Source of the DNA: an uncultured Gammaproteobacteria bacterium
Lineage (GTDB): Bacteria; Pseudomonadota; Gammaproteobacteria; Pseudomonadales; JAHEGP01
Assembly (NCBI GenBank): GCA_963751595.1
Contig: CAVVVC010000002.1
Location: forward strand, 135,103 to 199,102
DNA length: 64,000 nt
Reading direction: 5' to 3'
Below are positions 1-9,959 of this stretch, one piece after another. Position 1 is the first letter of the stretch. Each line of letters opens with the position of its first letter. The notes under the pieces were generated by a model. That model had not been told where the DNA came from and searched no databases. It worked only from the letters and a program-made list of their open reading frames with translations. Both the position numbers and the translations under genes were made by a program.

Positions 1-737
1 CATGGTACCTGGCCAGACGGGTGATGCCGCCCCGCTTTAGTAACGTGCTGGTGGCCGCATTCCTGTTGCTGTTGCCGGCGGGCTTGATCGCGGTGCAGCC
101 CGACCTTGGCACTTCGCTGTTGATCGCGGCCTCGGGGCTGCTGGTGCTGTTTTTCGCGGGCCTGCCCTGGGGTTACTCGGCGGTTGCACTGGGTATTGCC
201 GTGCTCAGCTTTTATCCGGCCTGGTTGTTCCTGTTACATGACTATCAGAAGCAGCGCATCCTGACATTGCTGAATCCGGAGAGTGACAAACTGGGAGCGG
301 GCTGGAATATTATCCAGTCGAAAACCGCGATCGGGTCTGGCGGCTGGCAGGGAAAAGGCTGGTTGCAGGGTACCCAGTCACACCTCGACTTCCTGCCGGA
401 GAGTCAGACCGACTTCATAATAGCAGTGCTGGCCGAGGAGTTCGGATTGCTGGGCGTGCTACTACTGATGGCGCTTTATCTGGCAATCATCGCGCGTTGC
501 ATCGTAATCTGCCTGAATGCCCAGCACTCCTACGGACGCCTGCTCGCCGGCAGTATCACAGTCACCTTTTTCGTCTATATTTTTGTCAACATGGGTATGG
601 TATCGGGTTTGCTGCCGGTAGTTGGTGTACCATTGCCGCTGGTCAGCCAGGGGGGTACCGCGCTGGTGACATTGATGGCAGGCTTCGGTGTGCTCATGGC
701 AATAAGCACAGAAGAAAAGAAAATGACGGGGCATTGA
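1..737 (+). CDS. rodA: Peptidoglycan glycosyltransferase RodA (SEDS family), 5'-truncated by the window edge
   Basis: The ORF is open to the window edge in the frame of nt 3. The translation carries RodA/FtsW-type motifs (QPDLGTS, IQSKTAIGSGG, LPVVGVPLPLVS). It sits at the head of the conserved rodA-mltB-rlpA-dacA-ybeD-lipB-lipA block. Confidence 0.9.
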   Translation, partial: WYLARRVMPPRFSNVLVAAFLLLLPAGLIAVQPDLGTSLLIAASGLLVLFFAGLPWGYSAVALGIAVLSFYPAWLFLLHDYQKQRILTLLNPESDKLGAGWNIIQSKTAIGSGGWQGKGWLQGTQSHLDFLPESQTDFIIAVLAEEFGLLGVLLLMALYLAIIARCIVICLNAQHSYGRLLAGSITVTFFVYIFVNMGMVSGLLPVVGVPLPLVSQGGTALVTLMAGFGVLMAISTEEKKMTGH

Positions 738-747
738 AGGGCAGTCC

Positions 748-1752
748 ATGACTAGAGGCAAGGCCGGTTTTTTTTCCAGCGTTTGTGGGGCGCTGCTTTT
801 GGCCTGTGGGCCCGCGGGCGCCGACTACAGCAGCAACCCAAGGGCGCAGGCGTTCGTGGATGACATGGTGGTGCGCCATGGCTGGGACGCGCAGCAATTG
901 AAGCAGGTGCTTTCCCAGGCCCAGAGGCAACAGGCGGTTATCGATTCCATCCAACGGCCTGCTGAATCCAAGACCTGGGCTCAATATCAGGATATTTTCA
1001 TAACTACCAAGCGCATCCAGGGCGGGGCCGAATTCTGGGACGAGCATGCCGCCACGTTGACTCGGGCCGAAGAACAATTTGGGGTGCCGGCGCAGATTAT
1101 CGTCGCCATTCTTGGCGTTGAGACCTATTACGGCGAGCGCATGGGTAGCTACCGGGTGATCGATACCCTGGTCACCCAGGCGTTCGAATTTCCAGTCGAG
1201 GCCTGGCGCTCGCGGTTCGGGATCCAGCAACTGGAGAGCATGTTCCTGCTCGCCAGAGAGCAAGGCTTCGACCCCCTCGAGTTGAAAGGATCCTACGCCG
1301 GTGCCATGGGTTACGGGCAATTCATCCCCACCAGCTATCGTGCTTATGCGGTGGATTTTGATGGCGATGATGTGGCGGACATCTGGAACAATCCGGTCGA
1401 TGCAATCGGCAGTATCGGCAATTACCTGAAAGAAAACGGTTGGCGCCGTGGGGTGGGTATCGCGGTTCCCGCCAGCGCGGCTAAGGGCCGCGATACCGAA
1501 GTGGTCAACCGTTCCCTCAAGGCTGATAGCAGCGTCGAAGCGTTGGCGCAGAAGGGTTACAGCACCAGCATCGCGTTGCCGCAACAGCCGGCAGGTGCAG
1601 TTGAATTACAAGGCAAGGCTGGTACAGAATACTGGTTGGGGCTGGGCAATTTTTTCGTGATTACCACCTATAACCACAGCCGGCTCTATGCCATGGCCGT
1701 CTACCAACTCAGTGAAAAGATTATGGAAGCACGTGATGCTGACAAGGCGTAG
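748..1752 (+). CDS. mltB: Lytic murein transglycosylase B (SLT_2 domain)
   Basis: 334-aa ORF with an N-terminal signal-like segment. It has an SLT_2-type catalytic region (ILGVETYYG, AGAMGYGQFIPTSY). Synteny with rodA and rlpA supports the call. Confidence 0.85.
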   Translation: MTRGKAGFFSSVCGALLLACGPAGADYSSNPRAQAFVDDMVVRHGWDAQQLKQVLSQAQRQQAVIDSIQRPAESKTWAQYQDIFITTKRIQGGAEFWDEHAATLTRAEEQFGVPAQIIVAILGVETYYGERMGSYRVIDTLVTQAFEFPVEAWRSRFGIQQLESMFLLAREQGFDPLELKGSYAGAMGYGQFIPTSYRAYAVDFDGDDVADIWNNPVDAIGSIGNYLKENGWRRGVGIAVPASAAKGRDTEVVNRSLKADSSVEALAQKGYSTSIALPQQPAGAVELQGKAGTEYWLGLGNFFVITTYNHSRLYAMAVYQLSEKIMEARDADKA

Positions 1753-2599
1753 CGAGACATTCACAACTGCAATATGCCTGCTAGTGGTCCTGGTACTGGC
1801 GGCGTGCAGTTCTGCACCCAAATCTCGCTACAGTCAGAAACACGACTCGGCGCCGCCGCTGAAGCTTGACCCCGATCGCATTGTCGATGCCCAGCCCCGC
1901 GCCGAAGTGATTCGGGCGGCGGGTAACAAGAGCCCTTATCAGGTATTTGGCAAAACCTACCGGGTGATGGATCCTGGCAGCGCTCGTGATTTCAAGCAGC
2001 AGGGGCTGGCCTCCTGGTACGGCAGCAAGTTTCACGGCCACCTGACCTCCAACGGCGAAATCTATAACATGTACGAGATGTCGGCGGCCCATAAGTCACT
2101 GCCGATTCCGTGCTATGTGCGGGTGACCAACCTGGAGAATGGCCGCACAGCGATCGTTCGGGTAAACGACCGCGGCCCCTTCCACGGCGATAGGGTAATC
2201 GACCTGTCCTACGCGGCGGCGACCAAGCTCGGATACTCGGACAAGGGTGTGGCGAGGGTCAACATCGAGCTTATCGATGTCGCAAAATTTCAGCAGGCGA
2301 GCCGGCAACCGCAGGCCGCGCCAAAACCGGTCCCGGCGCCCATCGAGAGTACCGCAAAACAGGCTGCCGCGCGGGCGTATTTGCAGGCCGCTGCGTTCAA
2401 GCAGTTTGAGTCGGCTGAGGCCCTGCGCCGTCAGCTCGGGGTATTGCTGGATGCGCCAGTAACGATACTCAGCAGTCCCCAGCGTGATGCCCTCCATCGG
2501 GTCCGGATTGGGCCCCTTGACAGCGCCCTGGACATCGAGCGGATTAGTGCGTTGATGACCCGGGAGAATTATTCGAAGCCACACCTGGTTTACCACTGA
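1736..2599 (+). CDS. rlpA: Septal ring lytic transglycosylase RlpA (DPBB domain plus C-terminal SPOR domain), lipoprotein
   Basis: An internal ATG at 1736 gives a lipoprotein signal (LVLAAC). The DPBB core is ASWYG...TSNGE...VRVTNLENGRTAIVRVNDRGPF. The C-terminus is SPOR-like. The gene overlaps the mltB stop by 17 nt. Confidence 0.9.
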   Translation: MLTRRSETFTTAICLLVVLVLAACSSAPKSRYSQKHDSAPPLKLDPDRIVDAQPRAEVIRAAGNKSPYQVFGKTYRVMDPGSARDFKQQGLASWYGSKFHGHLTSNGEIYNMYEMSAAHKSLPIPCYVRVTNLENGRTAIVRVNDRGPFHGDRVIDLSYAAATKLGYSDKGVARVNIELIDVAKFQQASRQPQAAPKPVPAPIESTAKQAAARAYLQAAAFKQFESAEALRRQLGVLLDAPVTILSSPQRDALHRVRIGPLDSALDIERISALMTRENYSKPHLVYH

Positions 2600-2707
2600 C
2601 TTTGAGCCGTGTCCGGATCCGCCCGCCCGCGGGGTTAAAAGCCGTGAAAACCTGATACAATAGCGGGTTTGACAGTTTCCCTCACTATTCATTTATCGGA
2701 TTTCTGT

Positions 2708-3952
2708 ATGCTTAACAAAGCCTTCTTTGCTTTGCTGTTGGCGCTATTGCTCCGTCCATTGTGGGTCGTGGCGGCCAATGAGGCCGTTTTGATTCCAGCG
2801 CCCCCCAGTTTGTCTTCCGAGGCCTATGTGCTGATGGATGCCAACAGCGGCCGGATCATTCTTGCCAAAAATGCCCAGCAGCGCCTGGCGCCGGCAAGCC
2901 TGACCAAGATGATGACCAGCTACATTCTCTCGGCAGAGCTGGCGAAGGGCAATGTCAGCAACGAAGATATGGTGCGGATCAGCAAGAATGCCTGGACGCA
3001 AAATCCGATCTTTCAGGGTTCCTCCCTGATGTTCATCGAAGTCGGCAAGGAGGTGAGCCTTGGGGACTTGCATCGAGGTATAGTCATTTCGTCGGGTAAT
3101 GACGCCTGTGTTGCGGTCGCTGAATACCTGGCCGGCAGCGAGGACGCCTTCGCCGATATCATGAACCAGCAGGCGGAACTGCTGGGCATGAAGGGCAGCC
3201 ATTTCGTCAATTCCCATGGCCTGCCGGATGAGGAGCATTACACGACGGCCATCGACATGGCGATCCTCGCCCGGGCGATCATCCGGGACTACCCCGAAGA
3301 CTACACCATGTATTCCGAGCGCAGTTTCACCTTCAACGACATACCCCAGTCGAATCGCAACAGCCTGCTCTGGCAGGACCCGAGTGTCGACGGGCTGAAG
3401 ACGGGCTACACCTCGGCGGCGGGATATAGTCTGGTCGCCTCCTCGCTGCGCAAGGGCATGCGCTTGATTGCGGTGGTTATGGGGGCGAAGAGCACCGAGG
3501 CGAGGGCGCGTGAGAATCAGAAACTATTGCAGTACGGCTTTCGCTACTACGAAACGATCAAGCTTTACAGTGCGGGAGAATCGCTGGCGGAGGCGAGAAT
3601 CTGGGGAGGCGACAAAAAGAGCCTGCCAATGGGTGTTGCCGATGATATCTACCTGACCATCGCCCAGGGTGAGCGTGACGCATTGCAGGCAGAGCTGGAG
3701 TATGGCGAGGTCATCAGCGCCCCGATCACAATGGGAGAGACCCTGGGCAAGCTCAAATTGAGTATTGCCGGGGAACCGATATCGCTGCAACCGGCCCCGG
3801 ACAGGGACGCCGAAACCGAGATAGACCCGGAACAGATCATCGAGCCCGACCTGGTGGCGCTGGAAACCGTTGAAGAGGCTGGTTTCATCGCAAGATTGTG
3901 GGATAGGCTGATGCTGTTTATCTACCAACTGCTGGGTCTTGCAACCCGCTAG
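2708..3952 (+). CDS. dacA: D-alanyl-D-alanine carboxypeptidase (PBP5/6 class)
   Basis: The ATG at 2708 gives a signal peptide. The penicillin-binding motifs SLTK (SxxK), SGND (SxN) and KTGYT (KTG) are present. Synteny with rlpA and ybeD supports the call. Confidence 0.9.
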   Translation: MLNKAFFALLLALLLRPLWVVAANEAVLIPAPPSLSSEAYVLMDANSGRIILAKNAQQRLAPASLTKMMTSYILSAELAKGNVSNEDMVRISKNAWTQNPIFQGSSLMFIEVGKEVSLGDLHRGIVISSGNDACVAVAEYLAGSEDAFADIMNQQAELLGMKGSHFVNSHGLPDEEHYTTAIDMAILARAIIRDYPEDYTMYSERSFTFNDIPQSNRNSLLWQDPSVDGLKTGYTSAAGYSLVASSLRKGMRLIAVVMGAKSTEARARENQKLLQYGFRYYETIKLYSAGESLAEARIWGGDKKSLPMGVADDIYLTIAQGERDALQAELEYGEVISAPITMGETLGKLKLSIAGEPISLQPAPDRDAETEIDPEQIIEPDLVALETVEEAGFIARLWDRLMLFIYQLLGLATR

Positions 3953-3955
3953 GGG

Positions 3956-4225
3956 GTGCCTATGGCCGGCGACAAACCGCCTCTGCTGGAGTTCCCCGTC
4001 GAATACACTATCAAGGTGTTGGGCAGGGATACGGCCAACTTTGTCGAGATTGTAACCGCGACCGTGGCGGAATATGCCCCGGACCTTGGGCCGGCGGACC
4101 TTCGGCACGGCAGCAAAGGTCGCTTCGTATCTGTCAATATTACTTTTACCGCCCGCTCGATAGAGCAACTGGGAGACATCCACAAGGCCTTGAATGCCTG
4201 TGACCAGGTCAAGATGATACTTTAG
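3956..4225 (+). CDS. ybeD: YbeD/DUF493 family small protein
   Basis: 89-aa ORF with the typical YbeD N-terminus ([14 protein letters not shown]). It lies between dacA and lipB, as in enteric and pseudomonad genomes. Confidence 0.85.
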   Translation: MPMAGDKPPLLEFPVEYTIKVLGRDTANFVEIVTATVAEYAPDLGPADLRHGSKGRFVSVNITFTARSIEQLGDIHKALNACDQVKMIL

Positions 4226-4227
4226 CG

Positions 4228-4911
4228 ATGGATAATCCCGGTTTTCTTGTTGTCAGAGAGTTGGGTGTGATCGACTACCAGCAGTGCTGGCAGGCGATGC
4301 AGGCGTTTACCGATGGCCGCGACGCGTCGGTTGCAGACGAACTGTGGCTGCTCGAGCATCCACCGGTGTTTACCCAGGGGCAGGCTGGCAGGGCCGAACA
4401 TGTGTTGGCCCCGGGGGATATTCCGGTCATTCAGGTAGATCGTGGTGGCCAGATCACTTATCACGGTCCCGGTCAGCTGGTGGTGTACCTGCTGATCGAT
4501 ATTCGTCGCATGGGTTGGGGTGTGCGTCATCTGGTAGCCGGCATCGAGCAAAGCGTCATCGCGGTGCTGGCAGACTATGGTCTGGCCTCGAACAGCCGCA
4601 GCGATGCCCCCGGCGTATATCTGCACAATGGGGCCAAGATCGCTGCGCTGGGTTTGAAGGTGCGCCGCGGACGTTGCTTCCACGGTTTGGCATTGAACGT
4701 CGATCTGGATCTGGAGCCGTTTGCGCGCATCAACCCCTGCGGTTACGTTGGACAGGCGGTGGCGAGGATGAAGGATGAGCTGGGCGGCTGGCCCGCAAGC
4801 GAGACTCGAAACCTGGCGCAGCAACTGGTTGGCCATCTGGCCGGACACATGGGCTACACCGAATTGCGGGCGGCGAGTGGGCTGCCGGTATTCGCGGGGA
4901 CTGGGGAATAG
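4228..4911 (+). CDS. lipB: Octanoyltransferase LipB
   Basis: The motifs [32 protein letters not shown] and the KV...CFHGLALNV region are characteristic of LipB. Confidence 0.92.
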   Translation: MDNPGFLVVRELGVIDYQQCWQAMQAFTDGRDASVADELWLLEHPPVFTQGQAGRAEHVLAPGDIPVIQVDRGGQITYHGPGQLVVYLLIDIRRMGWGVRHLVAGIEQSVIAVLADYGLASNSRSDAPGVYLHNGAKIAALGLKVRRGRCFHGLALNVDLDLEPFARINPCGYVGQAVARMKDELGGWPASETRNLAQQLVGHLAGHMGYTELRAASGLPVFAGTGE

Positions 4912-4915
4912 TGTG

Positions 4916-5875
4916 ATGGGCGAAACGCCGCGCAAAGTGGTTCAGGGGGAGAAGCTCCGGGGCGCCGAAAAAATGGCGCGCATTCCGGTAAAAGTGATTC
5001 CCACCGTGGAGCTACCGCGAAAACCGGACTGGATTCGGGTAACGATTCCAGCTTCCGCGGAAATCAAAAGGGTCAAGAGCATCCTGCGCCAGCATAAACT
5101 GGCGACGGTCTGCGAGGAGGCGCAGTGCCCGAACATCGGTGAGTGTTTTGGTGGCGGCACGGCGACTTTTATGATCATGGGTGAAATCTGCACCCGTCGC
5201 TGCCCGTTCTGTGATGTTGCCCACGGTCGACCCAATCCCCTGGATCCCGATGAGCCCATCGGCCTGGCGCGGGCGATCGCTGCGCTGGGTCTGAAGTATG
5301 TAGTGATTACGTCGGTGGACCGCGACGACCTGCGTGACGGTGGCGCCGCCCACTTCAGCGACTGTATTCGCCATACCCGGGAGCTCAATTCCGCCATCAA
5401 GGTTGAAATCCTGGTGCCGGATTTTCGCGGCCGGATGGAAGTGGCGCTGGACACCCTGGCGCAGGAGCCACCGGATGTTTTCAACCACAATCTCGAGACA
5501 GTGCCCAGCATGTACAAACAGTGTCGCCCCGGGAGCGATTACCAGTGGTCGCTGGACCTGCTGGCGCGCTACAAGGAGCGGCGCCCGGACGTACTCACCA
5601 AATCGGGGCTGATGCTGGGGCTCGGCGAGGAAACGAATGAGTTGATCCAGGTGATGCAGGATATGCGCAAGCACCGGATCGATATGCTGACCCTGGGCCA
5701 GTATCTTCAGCCCAGTCGCGATCATCTGCCGGTCGCCCGTTTCGTGCCCCCTGAAGAGTTCGCCGAGCTGGGGCGCATTGCCGAGGATATGGGCTTCAAG
5801 AGCGTGGCATCGGGCCCGCTGGTGCGAAGTTCCTATCATGCCGACCAGCAGGTCGATCTCGGGTTTTTCAAATAG
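4916..5875 (+). CDS. lipA: Lipoyl synthase LipA (radical SAM)
   Basis: The ATG at 4916 lies just after the lipB stop; the longer tracked ORF from 4775 overlaps lipB. The radical-SAM motif CTRRCPFC and the second cluster motif [12 protein letters not shown] are present. Confidence 0.93.
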   Translation: MGETPRKVVQGEKLRGAEKMARIPVKVIPTVELPRKPDWIRVTIPASAEIKRVKSILRQHKLATVCEEAQCPNIGECFGGGTATFMIMGEICTRRCPFCDVAHGRPNPLDPDEPIGLARAIAALGLKYVVITSVDRDDLRDGGAAHFSDCIRHTRELNSAIKVEILVPDFRGRMEVALDTLAQEPPDVFNHNLETVPSMYKQCRPGSDYQWSLDLLARYKERRPDVLTKSGLMLGLGEETNELIQVMQDMRKHRIDMLTLGQYLQPSRDHLPVARFVPPEEFAELGRIAEDMGFKSVASGPLVRSSYHADQQVDLGFFK

Positions 5876-6012
5876 ACTACCTCACCACTCCTGGTTGCAG
5901 GGGGTGTCGGCGCGCTTTGGCTATACTTGGGCTTTCTGAAAGCCATAGCCTGGCGTCAGCGGCCCCGGTGCCGCCGCCATGGCATTGCCCAATTCCGATT
6001 GTGTCGATATTT

Positions 6013-7776
6013 ATGAAAAAGCCTTTTTTCGGGTTACAGCACTTTTTTAGAGTCATGCGTTCAGTAGCAGGGGCAGGGTTTGTATTGCTCGCCTGTCAGC
6101 TTGAGGCAGAAGAGCCCTTGCTGCTAGCAGCGGCATCCGAGCAGTCGCTGGAGGCGGGAGACAAGCACCCGGTGCCGGCACCACCGATTGACCTGGACAA
6201 ACCGCTGCCAGAAGCGCCGCCCTTGTCCCTGCCGGTCGAGGACGATGAGTCGGCGGTTGCCGAGGCTGAAGACCCAGCGCCTTCGAAAGGGGTCACCCAG
6301 GCCAAAAGTGTTGATCTCGGTGAGCCCATGCCGGCAGCCCTGCCGTTGCAGGTTGTCGAGGAGCCGGCCGCAAAGCCCGCTACCGAGGCCGGCACGGAGC
6401 CAGGGGATGCCAGTGAGCTATCGGCTAACCCGGTGTTACCGGTGCCGGAATCAAACGGCATTGAGCCAGTAACCCGGGAAAGCCCCGGGGATCCGCTACC
6501 AGTGGCCGCCCCAGCCGCCGGCGACCCGCAATCAGACAGTGCCAGCCCAGCGGGAGCAGTTGCCAGGGGAGAGGCGTCCCCCGCCGAATCGGGTGCCAGC
6601 CCAAAGCAGGCCCCTGAAGCCGATGAGGCACAGGACAAGACAGCACAATCCCCGGTAAAGCCGGCAATAAAGAAACCAGGCCCCTTTGTAATGCTGGGTG
6701 CCGAAGTGGCGTCTGGGACTTCCACGCGGCTCGCATGGTCTCCCCGCCACTCCTTCGAGGGCATTGCCGTGGCGACACCGGTGTTAGTGGTAAACGGAAC
6801 CAAGCCCGGCCCGGTATTGTGTCTGACCGCTGCGGTTCATGGGGATGAGCTCAATGGCATCGAAATCGTTCGCCGCGTGCTCTACAACCTGAATGCCACG
6901 AAGTTGTCGGGTACCGTGGTCGGAGTGCCGATCGTCAATTTACAGGGTTTTCGCCGTGGCTCGCGCTATTTGCCGGATCGCCGTGATCTCAACAGGTTCT
7001 TCCCCGGTGACCCCAAGGGCAGCTCCGCCGCTAGAATCGCCTACTCGTTTTTCAACGAGGTGATCGAGCACTGTGACGCCCTGGTCGACCTCCACACCGG
7101 GTCTTTCTACCGTACCAACCTTCCCCAATTGCGGGCTGACCTGCGTGACCCGGAAGTCCTGGAGCTGAGCCAGGGCTTCGACGGCACCGTCGTGCTGCAG
7201 AGCGAAGGCACGGTCGGCACGCTCCGCCAGGCCGCGGTCGCGGCCGGTATCCCCGCGGTCACCCTCGAAGCGGGCGAGCCTTTGCGGCTGCAGGAAAACG
7301 AGGTCAACCATGGGGTGAAGACTATCCAAAGTCTGCTGGGCAAGATGAACATGATCAAGAAAACCAGCTTCTGGGGTACGCCCGAGCCGGTCTATTATCA
7401 ATCGGTCTGGGTGCGAGCGGATGAAGGCGGTATCCTGTTCAGCGAGGTTGATCTGGGTGAGCGGGTGAAAGAGAACGAAGTTCTCGGTACTGTGACCGAT
7501 CCGATCACCAATGTCAGGACTGAAATCCTGTCGCCTTACAAAGGCCGGGTGCTGGGCATGGCCCTCAACCAGGTGGTGATGCCGGGATTCGCGGCGTTTC
7601 GGATCGGTATTCAATCCAGCGAAGAAGAAGTCATCGATGCGGTCAGTTCCGACGTCGAGCCGCCCTCTACGCTGCATACCTCACAGGTTGATAAGGAGCA
7701 GGAAGAGGTCATTCCCGAGCCCGAGGTCGACGAGGGCAGTTACGATGAGTTCGAAGGCCTGGAGGATTCGGAGTAA
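6013..7776 (+). CDS. Succinylglutamate desuccinylase/aspartoacylase (AstE/AspA, M14-like) family protein with a signal peptide, a long acidic Pro/Ala/Glu-rich linker and an acidic C-terminal tail
   Basis: The ATG at 6013 (MKKPFFG...) gives a hydrophobic signal-like segment. The C-terminal 350 aa carry the family signature (LCLTAAVHGDELNGIEIV, DLNRFFPG, DLHTG). Residues about 35-220 are low complexity. Confidence 0.75.
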   Translation: MKKPFFGLQHFFRVMRSVAGAGFVLLACQLEAEEPLLLAAASEQSLEAGDKHPVPAPPIDLDKPLPEAPPLSLPVEDDESAVAEAEDPAPSKGVTQAKSVDLGEPMPAALPLQVVEEPAAKPATEAGTEPGDASELSANPVLPVPESNGIEPVTRESPGDPLPVAAPAAGDPQSDSASPAGAVARGEASPAESGASPKQAPEADEAQDKTAQSPVKPAIKKPGPFVMLGAEVASGTSTRLAWSPRHSFEGIAVATPVLVVNGTKPGPVLCLTAAVHGDELNGIEIVRRVLYNLNATKLSGTVVGVPIVNLQGFRRGSRYLPDRRDLNRFFPGDPKGSSAARIAYSFFNEVIEHCDALVDLHTGSFYRTNLPQLRADLRDPEVLELSQGFDGTVVLQSEGTVGTLRQAAVAAGIPAVTLEAGEPLRLQENEVNHGVKTIQSLLGKMNMIKKTSFWGTPEPVYYQSVWVRADEGGILFSEVDLGERVKENEVLGTVTDPITNVRTEILSPYKGRVLGMALNQVVMPGFAAFRIGIQSSEEEVIDAVSSDVEPPSTLHTSQVDKEQEEVIPEPEVDEGSYDEFEGLEDSE

Positions 7777-7917
7777 TATACTGTCCGCCGGTCAAAGCTG
7801 CTTCCACTCTACTCTCATTGCGCACAGTTTGATTGGACCGCGGGCGACGCAGCCGGCGGATTTCCCTGCCGGATTGCGGCATTTGCACCGCAGTCGTAGT
7901 TCATTCAGGATTCTGTA

Positions 7918-9807
7918 ATGCCTTTACTACGCCTGGATAAGGTTTCTCTTCATTACGGTCCACGGGTCTTGCTCGACGCCGTTGACTTTTCGCTGTTGCG
8001 CGGCCAGCGGGTGGGTCTGTTGGGGCGCAACGGCGAGGGTAAGACCACGCTGCTCAAGCTGGTAGCGGGTTTGTTGGCGCCCGATGAGGGGGAACGCTGG
8101 TTGCGCCCTGGCACAACGCTGGCCTGGCTCGACCAGTCCCTCCCCGAGGCGGATCAACAATCGGTTTACGACTACGTGGCTGGTGGCCTGGCAGAAGTTG
8201 GAGAGCTGCTGAAACGCTATCACCATGCCATTCAGTGCACAGATGCAGCCAACCTCCATGAGCTCGAGCAGATCCAGCAACGCCTGGAAGACCGCGATGG
8301 CTGGCGGCTTCAGCAGCGGGTCGAGACGGTACTGAGCCAACTGCAACTGCCCACCGAGAAGCGCATGAATGAGCTTTCCGGCGGTTGGCGCAGACGGGTG
8401 GCCATGGCCCGCGCGCTGGTGCGCGAGCCGGACCTGCTACTGCTCGACGAACCCACGAATCACCTCGATATCCCGGCGATAGAATGGCTGGAAAAGCAGC
8501 TGACCGAGTTTCGCGGGGCTATCCTCTTTGTTACCCACGACCGCGAATTCCTGCAAAACGTTGCCAACTCCATCGTCGAGCTTGATCGCGGTGGTTTGTC
8601 ATCCCGTCCCGGCGATTACCGCAGCTTCCTCGAATTTCGGGCGCAGCAACTCGCCGCCGAGGAAACAGCGAATAAACTGTTCGACAAAAAGCTGGCCCAG
8701 GAGGAAGTTTGGATACGCCAGGGTATCAAGGCCCGTCGCACCCGCAATGAGGGGCGTGTGCGCGCCCTGAAGGCAATGCGCCAGCAACATCAGGAGCGCC
8801 GCAGGCAGCAGGGCAAGGCTGACTTCTCTCTCGACCAGGCGACCAGCTCCGGCAAAATCGTGGTGGAACTGAAAGCCGTGTCCCATGGCTATGACGGGGT
8901 GCTAATCATCAGCAATTTCTCTACTACCATTCTGCGGGGAGAGCGGATTGGCCTGGTTGGCCCCAACGGCGCTGGCAAGTCGACACTGCTGAAAATCCTG
9001 CTGGGTGAATTGGAGCCGCAGGAGGGCAAGGTCAAGGTCGGTACCAAGCTGCATGTTGCCTATTTCGACCAGTTGCGGGAACAACTGGATGGGGACAAGG
9101 ACCTGATCGACAACGTTTGCGGGGGGCGCGAGTTCATTGAGGTGAATGGCAAACAGCGGCACGCCATCAGTTACCTGGGTGACTTTCTGTTCAGCCCGGA
9201 TCGTGTCCGCACGCCGGTGCGAGCGCTTTCCGGTGGTGAACAGAATCGCGCCATACTCGCGCGCATGTTCAGTAGGCCGGCCAATTTGCTGGTACTTGAT
9301 GAGCCCACCAATGACCTCGACGTGGAAACCCTGGAGTTGCTGGAGGAGGTGCTGCTGGAATTCAAGGGAACCGTGTTGCTGGTCAGCCACGATCGCGAGT
9401 TTCTCGATAATGTGGTGACCAGTATCATGGTTTTCGAGGGCGATGGCGCGGTTAGCCAGTACGTGGGCGGCTATCGCGATTGGGTGGCCCGGGGCGGGGC
9501 CTTGCTGGCTAAGGAGGAAGGGACTGAAAGCCCCCGTTCGGTGACTGCCGCCGGCGACCCTGATCGGACCGCTCAAGCAGCGCCGGTGGTAAAAAAGCTG
9601 TCGTATAAAAATCAGCGGGAGCTGGAGCAGTTGCCGGAACAAATTGAGCGTCTCGAGCTTCAGCAGCAGGAAGTGGAGCGGCAGATCGGCGATCCGTCCT
9701 TTTATCAGGGTGAGCAGCAAGCGATTAACCGGGTGCTGGAGCAACATCGGCAGTTGCTGGCAGACTTGGAGGCACTGTATGAGCGTTGGGACGAACTGGA
9801 GGCTTGA
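7918..9807 (+). CDS. uup: ABC-F family ATPase Uup
   Basis: There are two ABC cassettes, with Walker A motifs GRNGEGKTT and GPNGAGKST and signature motifs LSGGWRRR and LSGGEQNR. A C-terminal coiled-coil tail and the absence of TM segments fit ABC-F. Confidence 0.88.
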   Translation: MPLLRLDKVSLHYGPRVLLDAVDFSLLRGQRVGLLGRNGEGKTTLLKLVAGLLAPDEGERWLRPGTTLAWLDQSLPEADQQSVYDYVAGGLAEVGELLKRYHHAIQCTDAANLHELEQIQQRLEDRDGWRLQQRVETVLSQLQLPTEKRMNELSGGWRRRVAMARALVREPDLLLLDEPTNHLDIPAIEWLEKQLTEFRGAILFVTHDREFLQNVANSIVELDRGGLSSRPGDYRSFLEFRAQQLAAEETANKLFDKKLAQEEVWIRQGIKARRTRNEGRVRALKAMRQQHQERRRQQGKADFSLDQATSSGKIVVELKAVSHGYDGVLIISNFSTTILRGERIGLVGPNGAGKSTLLKILLGELEPQEGKVKVGTKLHVAYFDQLREQLDGDKDLIDNVCGGREFIEVNGKQRHAISYLGDFLFSPDRVRTPVRALSGGEQNRAILARMFSRPANLLVLDEPTNDLDVETLELLEEVLLEFKGTVLLVSHDREFLDNVVTSIMVFEGDGAVSQYVGGYRDWVARGGALLAKEEGTESPRSVTAAGDPDRTAQAAPVVKKLSYKNQRELEQLPEQIERLELQQQEVERQIGDPSFYQGEQQAINRVLEQHRQLLADLEALYERWDELEA

Positions 9808-9959
9808 TGGCGGCCCCATGGAGTTGTAAGGTAACTCGGGGAGCATCGGGACACCATGATTCAGGCCTCACGGCACTTTATTCGTGATTTAAATCATGGG
9901 GTGGATAAGGTCTTTGTGTTTAACTTGGCGTTTCAGTGTTGGAAAGGGCATTTAATAAG

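Noticed and set aside
694-1584. Long antisense or alternative-frame ORFs opposite well-supported genes. Examples are 694-1584(-), 8902-9846(-), 31182-32132(-) inside the IS transposase, 33588-34400(-), 36755-37735(-), 40091-40849(-), 44305-45297(-) and 25331-25876(-).
   Set aside because: All lie fully inside genes with clear family signatures on the other strand or frame. Their translations are Arg/Gly/Pro/Ala-rich with no recognisable motifs. Such shadow ORFs are expected in GC-rich DNA, and I saw no independent start or RBS evidence.
4775-4915. 5'-extended versions of tracked ORFs: lipA from 4775, AstE-like from 5917, DUF1820 from 22226, OmpA from 36281, hydrolase from 40148, UbiA from 51267 and leuS from 16911.
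   Set aside because: The extensions overlap the preceding gene or encode non-homologous sequence. Internal ATGs give proper N-termini (signal peptides, or conserved starts aligning with known family N-termini).
5940-5975. A nested hairpin GGCTATacttGGCTTTctgAAAGCCATAGCC downstream of lipA, considered as a terminator.
   Set aside because: The stem is plausible but no T-run follows. It may still act as an RNA 3' stabiliser, but I cannot support a terminator call.
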